DNA of 64,000 nt. Source: a virus (Duplodnaviria > Caudoviricetes). The stretch is from the IMG/VR virus record IMGVR_UViG_2595698595_000001, positions 1 through 64,000 of that record, one strand, 5' to 3'. The notes below the pieces were generated by a model that saw only the letters and a list, made by a program, of their open reading frames with translations, did not search any database and was not told where the DNA came from. Both the position numbers and the translations under genes were made by a program. Below, in pieces: positions 1-8,941 of the stretch (position 1 is its first letter; the number at the start of each line of letters is the position of its first letter).

Positions 1-93
1 TATATTTATATAACATAACAAATTAACACAAGTCAAACATTACGACATAATCAAGACTTGTAAATCGATAACATAACAAAAATTTAAAAAGAA

Positions 94-1182
94 ATGGCAC
101 AATTTAATTCAGCATCAATCGGTTTGTATCTTAAAGATTTCAGAAAAATCAATCGTACTAACCTGAATGACAAATTCAGTAATGATTCTAAATACAATGC
201 TTTATACAAAGCTTGGCAAAAAGCAGAAGATAATCTTTTAGCTAATCCTAAAAACGCTAATTTCATAAGTATTGAACTTAAACGTAGATCAGCTTTAGAG
301 GATTATATCAACGATACTTATTCGCAAAAAGAATTAGCTGCATTACCTTTAGCGAAAAACAAAGGTAATCGTAATCGTGAAATCGAAAACTGTTTAGGTC
401 TTGTTTATTCAATGGCTCTTTACTATGCGAAAAATTCAAAAGCTCGTGTTGGATTCGAGGATTTAATCGCATACGGAAATCTTGGATTGGTTGTAGCAGC
501 TGATAAATATTTCACAACTGAAGTTCCTTCAGAATCTATCTTACGTTTACGTTCTAAAGGATTTGCTAAATTCTCAACATACGCATACGCTTGGATTAAG
601 AAATATATCATCGAAGGTTCTCATGAAATGGGTGCTATCGTTGGAGGATCATCAAGAACAAAAGAGGAAGCTAACCGTAATGCTAAAATCATTACTCAGA
701 ACTACTCTTCGGATGAAGGTGATGATATGACTGATGTATGGGATTACGAAATGAATAAGAAATCTGTTAACGATTTCAAAGAATTGAAAATTGTTGAGGA
801 TGATGTTAACGAACTTAAACGTTATGTAAAAGTTGTTTTCGCACCTCTTACTAAATATGAGAAACGTATTTTATTCATGGCTTTAGGTATTGATACTCCT
901 AACGGTGTTGTTTACAAAATGAACGAAATTGCTAAAATCATGAACGTTTCTAAACCAACAATTTCTCGTGATATTGCTAGAGCTTACAACAAATTACGTA
1001 CTCAAGCTTCACAAAAATTACACGGTGAGGATGCTGTAACAATGGCTGCGTTAATCTTAGGTACTGACTTAACTGATGTTAACTTACCAGAATTACGTAT
1101 GGAATCTACTGAAGGATTTGAAAATGGTCCTAAAAATGTAAAAGGTTCCAACCTTATCAAAGCTTACCGTCAAGAATGGTAA
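94..1182 (+). CDS. Phage-encoded RNA polymerase sigma70-family factor
   Basis: Region 2 motifs LGLVYSMA..FEDLIAYGNLGLVVAADKY..KFSTYAYAWIK and region 4 HTH LTKYEKRIL..MNEIAKIMNVSKPTISRDIARAYNKLR. Confidence 0.9.
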   Translation: MAQFNSASIGLYLKDFRKINRTNLNDKFSNDSKYNALYKAWQKAEDNLLANPKNANFISIELKRRSALEDYINDTYSQKELAALPLAKNKGNRNREIENCLGLVYSMALYYAKNSKARVGFEDLIAYGNLGLVVAADKYFTTEVPSESILRLRSKGFAKFSTYAYAWIKKYIIEGSHEMGAIVGGSSRTKEEANRNAKIITQNYSSDEGDDMTDVWDYEMNKKSVNDFKELKIVEDDVNELKRYVKVVFAPLTKYEKRILFMALGIDTPNGVVYKMNEIAKIMNVSKPTISRDIARAYNKLRTQASQKLHGEDAVTMAALILGTDLTDVNLPELRMESTEGFENGPKNVKGSNLIKAYRQEW

Positions 1183-1234
1183 GACATAACTGAGATACTT
1201 TTTACCTCTCTAATATAAATTACCTGTCAAAAAC

Positions 1235-1266
1235 GTAACTTGTCTGATGTGAATCACGCAAGTTAC
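1235..1266 (+). other. Hairpin in leader of tRNA cluster
   Basis: GTAACTTG...CAAGTTAC inverted repeat 7 nt upstream of first tRNA. Confidence 0.45.
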
Positions 1267-1272
1267 AAAACT

Positions 1273-1346
1273 TATCTTGTAGCTCAGCTGGTTAGAGCAA
1301 GTGACTGTTAATCACTAGGTCGATGGTTCGAATCCATCCAAGGTAG
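1273..1346 (+). tRNA. tRNA-Asn(GTT)
   Basis: Full cloverleaf; anticodon arm AGTGA-CTGTTAA-TCACT; T loop TTCGAAT; no encoded CCA. Confidence 0.95.
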
Positions 1347-1351
1347 CACAA

Positions 1352-1424
1352 AGGGATATAGCTCAGCTGGTAGAGCAATGGTCTCCAAAACCATCGGTCG
1401 GTAGTTCGAATCTATCTGTCCCTG
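1352..1424 (+). tRNA. tRNA-Trp(CCA)
   Basis: Cloverleaf; ATGGT-CTCCAAA-ACCAT; acceptor AGGGATA/TGTCCCT. Confidence 0.95.
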
Positions 1425-1430
1425 CAATAT

Positions 1431-1507
1431 GCACATATGGCTGAGTCAGGTCAAAAGCAACGGTCTGCAAAACCGTACAACCATTGGTTCGAATCCAATT
1501 ATGTGCT
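1431..1507 (+). tRNA. tRNA-Cys(GCA)
   Basis: Cloverleaf; ACGGT-CTGCAAA-ACCGT; U discriminator. Confidence 0.93.
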
Positions 1508-1517
1508 CAAATAACAA

Positions 1518-1591
1518 TGCGGGGTAGAGCAGATGGAGTGCTCGCGGGTCTCATAAGCCCGAGGTCATGGGTTCGAGTCCCATCCCTGCTA
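1518..1591 (+). tRNA. tRNA-Met(CAT), initiator-like
   Basis: CGGGT-CTCATAA-GCCCG; 1:72 T-T mismatch and GAGC/GCTC D stem as in fMet tRNAs. Confidence 0.88.
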
Positions 1592-1597
1592 CTAATA

Positions 1598-1671
1598 GCT
1601 CCTTTAGCTCAGTTGGTCAGAGCAACAGACTCATAATCTGAAGGTCATAGGTTCAAGTCCTGTAGGGAGCA
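1598..1671 (+). tRNA. tRNA with CAT anticodon (Ile2 or elongator Met)
   Basis: Cloverleaf; ACAGA-CTCATAA-TCTGA; acceptor GCTCCTT/AGGGAGC. Confidence 0.88.
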
Positions 1672-1681
1672 CTTTTAAAAA

Positions 1682-1753
1682 GCTCTTCTAGCTCAATTGG
1701 TAGAGTGATAGATTCATTATCTATTGGATATGGGTTCGAATCCCATGAGAGCG
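1682..1753 (+). tRNA. Atypical tRNA with CAT anticodon (possible pseudo-tRNA or decoy)
   Basis: D arm, ATAGA-TTCATTA-TCTAT arm and T arm intact; pyrimidine at position 37; acceptor 3' strand one base short. Confidence 0.65.
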
Positions 1754-1760
1754 CAAATAC

Positions 1761-1902
1761 GAAACTGTAGCTCAGTTGGTAGAGTAGTAGATATATCTAC
1801 ATTCGAAAATATCTTGATTATGTATGGTTCTAGAACATACTAGAGAGACGATAGAATTCGGGTCATACCCGGTGGTCATTGGTTCGAATCCAATCAGTTT
1901 CA
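1761..1902 (+). ncRNA. tRNA-like RNA with ~70-nt structured insertion
   Basis: Perfect acceptor GAAACTG/CAGTTTC, canonical D arm and T arm, two extra hairpins (1787-1857) and a CGGG-TCATA-CCCG arm. Confidence 0.8.
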
Positions 1903-1948
1903 CTGTCGTAATGTAATTGAAACATGTGCCATATTCATGTATCGATTA

Positions 1949-1980
1949 AAACCCGAATTCGAAAGGATTCGGGTTTCTTT
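1949..1980 (+). terminator. Intrinsic terminator after tRNA cluster
   Basis: AAACCCGAATTC-GAAA-GGATTCGGGTTT followed by T-rich tract. Confidence 0.85.
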
Positions 1981-1993
1981 GTTTAGTTCAATT

Positions 1994-2001
1994 TATACAT
2001 A
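1994..2001 (+). promoter_or_regulatory. Putative late promoter TATACATA
   Basis: Recurrent motif upstream of structural genes; one base from T4 late consensus TATAAATA. Confidence 0.75.
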
Positions 2002-2026
2002 TTTCATATACTAAAATTAGACAATC

Positions 2027-4333
2027 ATGATGATAGACCCTATCTTAGATAAGAAAATTGAAGAAACTTATCTAATGCATAATCACATTCTAAGAGCATG
2101 GGAAGAGGCTAAAGGTGAAACTGAATACGATCTTTATAAGGTTGCAATGTTCAAAGACCTTATAATTCTTACTAACCCTGCTGTTACATACGTAGAATCT
2201 CTAGCACAAATAGAAATATTCTTTCACCTGACAGCCATGCTAGAAGGCGGTTTGAAACCTGGACCTGATGTAACAGAAGATGCTACAGAATCCGAAAACG
2301 TAGATGTTTCTACTATCGACGGAATGGTTACAGATGACGGATTCCTTCAAATAGGAGAAGGTAACACAACCACTGATATATCTCTGACAACAAACAATGA
2401 GATAACATTAGGAATGGGTGTTCGTAAATACAGAAATAACGAAACTATTCCAGCTTCTAACGGTGTTTACAATTTACATTTAACTCCGGGTGAAAGATGG
2501 TCATTTGTTTACATGGCTAAACTTGAAGCGTTAGTTAATTCTGGTCTTACTGAGCTATATGATATTACTCTTCAAATCGAAAACGAAGGAAAAACTTTAG
2601 ATTTTGTATTCAAATCCATTAATACTGGAATCGTTCTAGTAAATGAAAAATATAATATAACCATTAGTGATGGATTTACTTCAGAGGACTTCAAAGTATT
2701 TCAGGATATACAAAGAGTTGAGTTCTATGGTAAAAAGTTCAATGACACAATGTCTAACGAAAATGGCGTACCTGTAGGAACATTCAAATTTACTTACAAA
2801 GCTGTAAGACGCTATCAGCATCCGGATTTCAATATCAATCCTGTAATTCTTGAAACTATCGCTAACGTTACATTTGATGAAGAACCTCCAAAAGAGGTTA
2901 GGGTTCATTTCATTGACACACCTTCAAAAATGCAAGTTAAACTAAATGGTAGTCCTGTTACAGAAAAGATCAATTTAGTAGGTGATGCTCCAATAGATGT
3001 TAACATAAAACTTGATTCAACAGATTACGGTGATAACCCAGTACAAGAAATAAAATCTGTTTCAGTAAAGAATAAAGATACTAATGAAGCTATTTCGTAT
3101 ACTGGTACTTTCGATGATCTGACAATAGCTCAAACTTCTATAGAAAATATCGAAGTAGGGTATGCAAAAAGTATAAAAACTGGAAATGTTAAAATAATCA
3201 AAGATGCTGGAGTATTACGTTCTTTATTGAATTCCAATAATTTCGATAATTATGAAATGACTAACGATTCAAACTATTCAGATACTTATGGTTCTGATGG
3301 TACTATAGCTATTACTACTAAAGATGGTTATAACATGAAATCTATCAAAGTAAATGACGTTGATGTAACAATTACTGATGTCGATTTCATGATAGTTCCA
3401 GTTAAATTCGTAAGTGACATTGTTACGGTCGTTACAGAATTAAATTCTGATTATCAAGTAATCATAACTTCGAATAATGAATCTGAATTAGTAACACCTG
3501 TTTCATATTACAATATATCAGATGATTGGTCGGAAGGTACTATGGAATTGAATACACCTAATTTATTTCCTGATACTACAGAACTTTCTGTAACCTTAGA
3601 ATTGAAAGATGATAGATCGTATATGTTTGGTTCTATAAAGTTAAATGACGTTGAGAAACTTACGGAACCTGAGACTTACTATACATTAGATTTCGCAATA
3701 GATAAATCAAACGTTAAGATCGAAACTTCTGTAGTCGATAATCCTAATAAAGGTAAGAATATAATATCGTTTAACTATAATGTGGGTAATATTCTAACTA
3801 AGATAGATGATGTTATAGTAACAGGGGCTAAATACTATGATCCTACTACTAATATCGTTTTAACAGTTTCTAATGTCATAAATGGTCAACCTGAAAGAGA
3901 AGTTAAGAAAATTAAAGTTATTTCTGGAACTGAAACAATAAGTGAACATGATCCAAACACTAACATTTCTTTGTTAATGGATAAAGATTATAGAATCGAA
4001 ACGGTTGAAGATTTCAAACAATATACGATAACACGTACTAACGATGATCCTAATGTTACTATAGACGTAAATGGATTCTATCCGATACCAAGTAATACTA
4101 CATTAGCACATAATGTACCTGTTTCGTTCAATGCTAATTCATCTGGAGGATTTACAGTAAAAGTTCCTATCGATACTCATATTGTTAAGTCTGTTACATT
4201 AAACGGAGTTCTTCAAACTATTGAAGAAAATGTACCAGTTGTTTCAATCCCTGCAAATACTTATACAGGAAATATAACTATCGAAGCTACTTCAGAATTA
4301 AAGCCTGAACCAGAACCTCCTGTCGAAGGATAA
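2027..4333 (+). CDS. Putative virion surface protein with multiple Ig-like beta-sandwich domains
   Basis: Acidic, T/N/V-rich repeated beta pattern (GYNMKSIKVND, IVKSVTLNG); late motif upstream. Confidence 0.6.
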   Translation: MMIDPILDKKIEETYLMHNHILRAWEEAKGETEYDLYKVAMFKDLIILTNPAVTYVESLAQIEIFFHLTAMLEGGLKPGPDVTEDATESENVDVSTIDGMVTDDGFLQIGEGNTTTDISLTTNNEITLGMGVRKYRNNETIPASNGVYNLHLTPGERWSFVYMAKLEALVNSGLTELYDITLQIENEGKTLDFVFKSINTGIVLVNEKYNITISDGFTSEDFKVFQDIQRVEFYGKKFNDTMSNENGVPVGTFKFTYKAVRRYQHPDFNINPVILETIANVTFDEEPPKEVRVHFIDTPSKMQVKLNGSPVTEKINLVGDAPIDVNIKLDSTDYGDNPVQEIKSVSVKNKDTNEAISYTGTFDDLTIAQTSIENIEVGYAKSIKTGNVKIIKDAGVLRSLLNSNNFDNYEMTNDSNYSDTYGSDGTIAITTKDGYNMKSIKVNDVDVTITDVDFMIVPVKFVSDIVTVVTELNSDYQVIITSNNESELVTPVSYYNISDDWSEGTMELNTPNLFPDTTELSVTLELKDDRSYMFGSIKLNDVEKLTEPETYYTLDFAIDKSNVKIETSVVDNPNKGKNIISFNYNVGNILTKIDDVIVTGAKYYDPTTNIVLTVSNVINGQPEREVKKIKVISGTETISEHDPNTNISLLMDKDYRIETVEDFKQYTITRTNDDPNVTIDVNGFYPIPSNTTLAHNVPVSFNANSSGGFTVKVPIDTHIVKSVTLNGVLQTIEENVPVVSIPANTYTGNITIEATSELKPEPEPPVEG

Positions 4334-4356
4334 TAAAATAGTAAATTGATACATAT

Positions 4357-4393
4357 AAAGACCACCACTTATTAACTTAAGGGTGGTCTTTTT
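4357..4393 (+). terminator. Intrinsic terminator
   Basis: AAAGACCACC...GGTGGTCTTT plus T run. Confidence 0.75.
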
Positions 4394-4438
4394 GCATATT
4401 TTAAAATCGTAAATTTAACCAAATCAATCGAATAAAAC

Positions 4439-6070
4439 ATGAAAATACCTGAAGATTTAAAAGAATATATCGATAAATCTTTCTTAAGAGCTAATCATTT
4501 ACATAGAAAGTATGAAGATTATCTTAAGTCTATAGACCCAGAAACTGGTAGAGGTTCTTTGACTTTGTATCAAGAATTTGAAGATTTATTGAGAAAAACT
4601 TTTCCTGATACGACAATACAGCATTATGTACAGAAATGGAAAATACTAAATTGGTTGAAGGAAGGAATAGGATACGAATTACATAATCCTGAAACTACTG
4701 GAACTTGGGAGTCTTATGAAAGGGGTTTTGATGAATTGAAATATTATGGTTTTAGTGAAGTCAATTATGAAGATTCTTATTTCGTTGACAAGGACTCGTA
4801 TAAGTCTAAGGGTATGTCAGAAGGTTTAATGAACAAAGAAATCGTTATGACTATTACCAATAACGTAATTATGAACGGTGAGGAAACACACATATATTCT
4901 TATAAAGATTTACCATTAGTGGAATTATCTAAAACCACGGGTGTGTCTGACTGGGTAATAGGTGGTACTATTTCGTTAACAGAAAAAATACGTGAACAGT
5001 TCAAAGAGTTCCAACCTGAATTAAGTATGCATAGCTTATACGAAACTAGACTTTTTATTAACATAGGTAACAAGTTCATAAATGTAGAATTTGTACGTAA
5101 TATGTCTACAGGTAAAGTTGAAGCTAGAGACGTTCAAACTAAAAAAGTATTACCTATACAAATAGGTACAACTTATGGACCTAATTACGTAATACAAAAT
5201 CCATCCAGTTACGAAAGTCAATTGTTAAATACTGTTTTCAATTTAACATATCGTTTCACAGGAACTGACGTTTCTAAAATGTTAGGATATACTGATAATA
5301 AACCTGCGAGAGGATTGATAAGATTAGGTTTACAGTCTGAAAGAAAATATAGAGACCCTGGAATCGATTATGATATTATAGGTAATTTATTACTAGATAT
5401 GATAGTTTATGACGATGAAGCTGATATACCAGAAAATAGGGAAACTAAAGTTATTATAGAACAAGATTTCTTGGACAGTGTAGAAGAGCTTTATATAAAC
5501 GGTGAAATTGCTACAAATGAACAAATCGTTACCAAAGATTTTATAATCGTTAATGCTAAAGGTGTTACTAAAGACAAGCTTCATTGCTTATCAGAATTTT
5601 CTTTAGTATATCCTGAAGATGGATTGACGATAAAAGAAAACAATCCAGTATTTAGTACTTACGAATTCGATTTCGAGAAAATCTTTTTACCTAGGAAGCT
5701 TGGTTCCGATATCAATGATGTAGTTATAGCATCTGGTAAATTTGATAAACGTGTTCAATGTATGTTTTATGAAAGTGCTGTATGGGGTGCAATGGAAAAC
5801 AATATAATAACAGTAAATGGTAATGTAGTAAAAGCTAGCTATCCGTATTATTACAATTATGGAGAACCTGTAAAGATAGTGATTCGAAAACAACCTGACT
5901 CGTATAGATGGAAATATACTTTGTTCATTTCAAAAAGATTCAAAGAACCAGGTGAAGATTATTATCTAGAAACTAGAGAAATTACGTTAGCTGATTTAGA
6001 TGAAAACAATGAATATGTAATAGACGATCAAGAAGGTCTTTACGATTATAGTTTTCAATTCACGTCATAA
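4439..6070 (+). CDS. Putative virion protein, distant paralog of 2027..4333
   Basis: Similar N-terminus (IDKSFLRANHLHRKYE vs IEETYLMHNHILRAWE) followed by beta-rich domains. Confidence 0.5.
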   Translation: MKIPEDLKEYIDKSFLRANHLHRKYEDYLKSIDPETGRGSLTLYQEFEDLLRKTFPDTTIQHYVQKWKILNWLKEGIGYELHNPETTGTWESYERGFDELKYYGFSEVNYEDSYFVDKDSYKSKGMSEGLMNKEIVMTITNNVIMNGEETHIYSYKDLPLVELSKTTGVSDWVIGGTISLTEKIREQFKEFQPELSMHSLYETRLFINIGNKFINVEFVRNMSTGKVEARDVQTKKVLPIQIGTTYGPNYVIQNPSSYESQLLNTVFNLTYRFTGTDVSKMLGYTDNKPARGLIRLGLQSERKYRDPGIDYDIIGNLLLDMIVYDDEADIPENRETKVIIEQDFLDSVEELYINGEIATNEQIVTKDFIIVNAKGVTKDKLHCLSEFSLVYPEDGLTIKENNPVFSTYEFDFEKIFLPRKLGSDINDVVIASGKFDKRVQCMFYESAVWGAMENNIITVNGNVVKASYPYYYNYGEPVKIVIRKQPDSYRWKYTLFISKRFKEPGEDYYLETREITLADLDENNEYVIDDQEGLYDYSFQFTS

Positions 6071-6099
6071 AAATACGGAAATAAGGATTACAGTCCTTT

Positions 6100-6153
6100 T
6101 ATACATATATCATAATACCTAGAGGTTACAAAAACCTCTAGGTTTAGTATAAT
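6100..6153 (+). promoter_or_regulatory. Late motif, hairpin and TAGTATAAT element
   Basis: TATACATA 6100-6107; ACCTAGAGGTT/AACCTCTAGGT 6117-6143; TATAAT 6148-6153. Confidence 0.6.
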
Positions 6154-6179
6154 ATCTTCAATAAAACAATATAGAAACT

Positions 6180-6587
6180 ATGAAAATCATAAATAAAACG
6201 ATAACTGTTAATGAGGTACAAGAATTATCTAATACTTTAGACAGATTAGTCGAATCATTTGACCGCTGTCCAACAGTAAAAGAATTTCTTATGGAAAATG
6301 GAAATTCTGAGGAAACTGCAAACATGTTTGCTAAAATGGCTTTAACTGAATGCGTTATCGATAAAGAAAAAACTTTCTTATTCGAAAACGGTATGCGTAT
6401 TCCTACTATCGGTGCTAAAATGAAATCGTTAGTTACTTTGAATGGTTTATTTGAAGCAGCCGAAAATGAAGACGAATTCGTTCAATTAGTTGAAAACAAT
6501 ATTTTACCTAAACTAGATATCGAAGAATTGTCAGAATGTGATGAAGAAAATCTAAGAGAGGTTTACAAAGAAAACAAATCTAAATAA
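6180..6587 (+). CDS. Acidic prohead core/internal protein-like
   Basis: Many L-x-E motifs (LVES, LMEN, LTEC, LFEN, LFEA, LVEN, LSEC) resembling T4 gp21 protease sites. Confidence 0.5.
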   Translation: MKIINKTITVNEVQELSNTLDRLVESFDRCPTVKEFLMENGNSEETANMFAKMALTECVIDKEKTFLFENGMRIPTIGAKMKSLVTLNGLFEAAENEDEFVQLVENNILPKLDIEELSECDEENLREVYKENKSK

Positions 6588-6590
6588 AAA

Positions 6591-7061
6591 ATGCCAGGAT
6601 TAGCAGAAATAGTAATAACTTCGATTCAGCTAAAACTTCATAAAGATACAGATTCACCGTTCGCCATTCGACAAACATCTAATGACAACTGGCAAGAAAT
6701 CATGGATTGGTCTGCTGAAGTTAAGTTAGCTATCGAAACGTTAGAAGACGGATTAGGTGAATTGTCACCAGAAAGAATAAAAGAGATGATTCTAGAATTA
6801 TTGATTTCATCTAAGAAACTGTTCGTTATTGATAAAAACATGGGTAATGGTTCTTCTGAAATGTTACCAGGTGGTATTCTACTTGTTAGAAATAATAACG
6901 AATTTACATTCTCAGTTGAAAATGCTGATAGACATGCTGTTAGTGTTGTAGACTTGAGTGATTTTGCAGAAATGCATCCAGCTGTTACAAAAACAGCTAC
7001 AGAAATAAAACTATACTTCGAATTACCTCCTACTTTCAATTTCCAAGTATTGATGTTTTAA
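6591..7061 (+). CDS. Hypothetical protein, likely structural
   Basis: 156-aa ORF within a late gene run. Confidence 0.55.
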   Translation: MPGLAEIVITSIQLKLHKDTDSPFAIRQTSNDNWQEIMDWSAEVKLAIETLEDGLGELSPERIKEMILELLISSKKLFVIDKNMGNGSSEMLPGGILLVRNNNEFTFSVENADRHAVSVVDLSDFAEMHPAVTKTATEIKLYFELPPTFNFQVLMF

Positions 7062-7064
7062 GTA

Positions 7065-7122
7065 TTTTCCATTTCTTAGACCTTATACATATTCAAACTA
7101 TAAAGGTCTAAGAAATGGAAAA
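7065..7122 (+). promoter_or_regulatory. Start-codon-sequestering hairpin containing late promoter motif
   Basis: Perfect 20-bp stem 7065-7084/7103-7122 covering ATG 7115; TATACATA at 7084-7091. Confidence 0.85.
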
Positions 7123-7498
7123 CTTTTTAAATGAACTGTTAGGATTGATTCTTAACGGTGTAACCCCAGCGCAATACGTCGCATCTTTTCTTTTTGCCAC
7201 TTTCGGTGGTATTACATCATTGATTTTAGGTACCAGTAAACGTAAAGTTGATGAAACTAATCCTGAAAAATTTTCAAGATCGTTTCTTATACTTAACAAT
7301 TTACAAAGAATCGTAAGCTCTATAATCATAACATTCATCATGATTAGAATGAGTAATATAGCTTTCGATCCAAATGTAACTATCGGATTAGCTTTCTTCT
7401 TTGGATATTCTTCTGATACAGCTATGAAGTATCTTAGAAATTTGGAATCTAAATCTAAAGATGTTGAGAAATTACGTAATCACTTTTTAGGAAGATAA
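7115..7498 (+). CDS. Putative holin / small multi-pass membrane protein
   Basis: About three hydrophobic segments, charged C-terminal tail, 127 aa; T4 gene e-like translational lock. Confidence 0.6.
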   Translation: MENFLNELLGLILNGVTPAQYVASFLFATFGGITSLILGTSKRKVDETNPEKFSRSFLILNNLQRIVSSIIITFIMIRMSNIAFDPNVTIGLAFFFGYSSDTAMKYLRNLESKSKDVEKLRNHFLGR

Positions 7499-7538
7499 CA
7501 TTTAACGAATAGACTAGACCTTAACAAAATTAGAAAAC

Positions 7539-8939
7539 ATGTTAGTAGCAACTTCAGTACCTTTATTAAACGGACTTAAAGATTCAGGTGGTACATTCTA
7601 TACATTGTCACCTACTCTGAACGACTTTAACACGATATTTTCAGGTAGTAACATAAAGTTAGTACCTTCAAAGTTTGCGTTACTTAAACTTCCAAAATGG
7701 CAGAATACTTCAGGTCAAACTATATTCAAAGACCCGGCTGCATTTGGTGGTCCAACAGTAACTGACCCAAACATATTAGTACCTAAACTGATTCAAGATT
7801 ATCTTGAAGTATTCAATAATTATTCATATACGAATAGATTAGATACTACACTTTTCAATGCTTCAGAAATAGGTTTCTGGAAAATGTTGAAAGATGTCGG
7901 TGCTATGCAATTTGAAGATGATGGTACGTATACTCAAGATAATCGAGTTTATACTAGATTTATTGAGAAACAGGAATCACCAGATTACGATCCAGTAGTT
8001 AAGTATATCGGTGACATAAATCTTCTGAATCATATTTCTAAAGATGGTCAATCGTATACGGAAATATACTTACATGTTCCTACAGAATCTGGTAAGATCG
8101 ATAGAATATCTTTCACTCAAAATGACGTTAAATGGAGACTACCAGAATTTCCAGAAAACGGTGGTGGTGATTTAGCCCCAGGATTAGATGCACACGATGG
8201 TACTGGAAACGTTAAAGCTATTTATGATACATCTGACAAGAAATACAAAGTTTCTGAAGCTTTAGATAATTCTGTAATTTACTGGGACGATATCGAAAAC
8301 AATGCTACAGATTCGTATAAGAAAGGTAATTACGAATTCAATGCTATAGCTGTATATTACGATATTTGGAACGAAAATGATAAGACAACTATCGCTAGAA
8401 ATCTTTATGGTATCTTCTTTATTGATAAGTTCGTACCAGCATCCGGTGGTTCTTATGAATTGAAAGAATTCCAAAAGGTACAACCTAGTCAAGACGCAGC
8501 TGGTAACTCTTACGGTTTCCGTATCAATTTGAAATTTAGTAATGCTTCTAATCAAGTTTCTTCAGAAATAACGATAAACGATTACAATACTATTTCTATG
8601 GAATTGTATATGAAAGCGTTAGAACTTATGACTGAAGCTAACTGGAATCAGCAAAAGTTATTACAGACTAATGCTTTACTAATTCAGAAGATAAATCAAC
8701 TTGAAAGTTCTTATGGTGAATTCATTCCATTAGATGAAACTACTAAAGAGCTTCAGCAATTACGTAACATATTAAGACAGTTAGATACTAATAATCAAGT
8801 TTTCGCACCTCAACAAATATTCTCAGATATACCACCAACAAATGGAATCTTTATAGAAGGAAGTGTTTACTGGGATAAGACAGCTAAAAAGATTTATCAG
8901 TATCGAAACAATAACTGGGTATTTCAAACAGATTTCTAA
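7539..8939 (+). CDS. Putative baseplate/tail structural protein
   Basis: 466-aa ORF next to gp25/gp6-like genes; C-terminal coiled coil and GSVYWDK motif. Confidence 0.55.
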   Translation: MLVATSVPLLNGLKDSGGTFYTLSPTLNDFNTIFSGSNIKLVPSKFALLKLPKWQNTSGQTIFKDPAAFGGPTVTDPNILVPKLIQDYLEVFNNYSYTNRLDTTLFNASEIGFWKMLKDVGAMQFEDDGTYTQDNRVYTRFIEKQESPDYDPVVKYIGDINLLNHISKDGQSYTEIYLHVPTESGKIDRISFTQNDVKWRLPEFPENGGGDLAPGLDAHDGTGNVKAIYDTSDKKYKVSEALDNSVIYWDDIENNATDSYKKGNYEFNAIAVYYDIWNENDKTTIARNLYGIFFIDKFVPASGGSYELKEFQKVQPSQDAAGNSYGFRINLKFSNASNQVSSEITINDYNTISMELYMKALELMTEANWNQQKLLQTNALLIQKINQLESSYGEFIPLDETTKELQQLRNILRQLDTNNQVFAPQQIFSDIPPTNGIFIEGSVYWDKTAKKIYQYRNNNWVFQTDF

Positions 8940-8941
8940 AT

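Noticed and set aside
1682-1753. Opal suppressor or Sec tRNA (TCA in loop)
   Set aside because: The stem register centres CAT, there is no long variable arm, and genes read through normally in code 11.
1761-1902. tmRNA or group I intron-containing tRNA
   Set aside because: No G3:U70 pair or tag ORF; the ~70-nt insert is too short for a group I intron.
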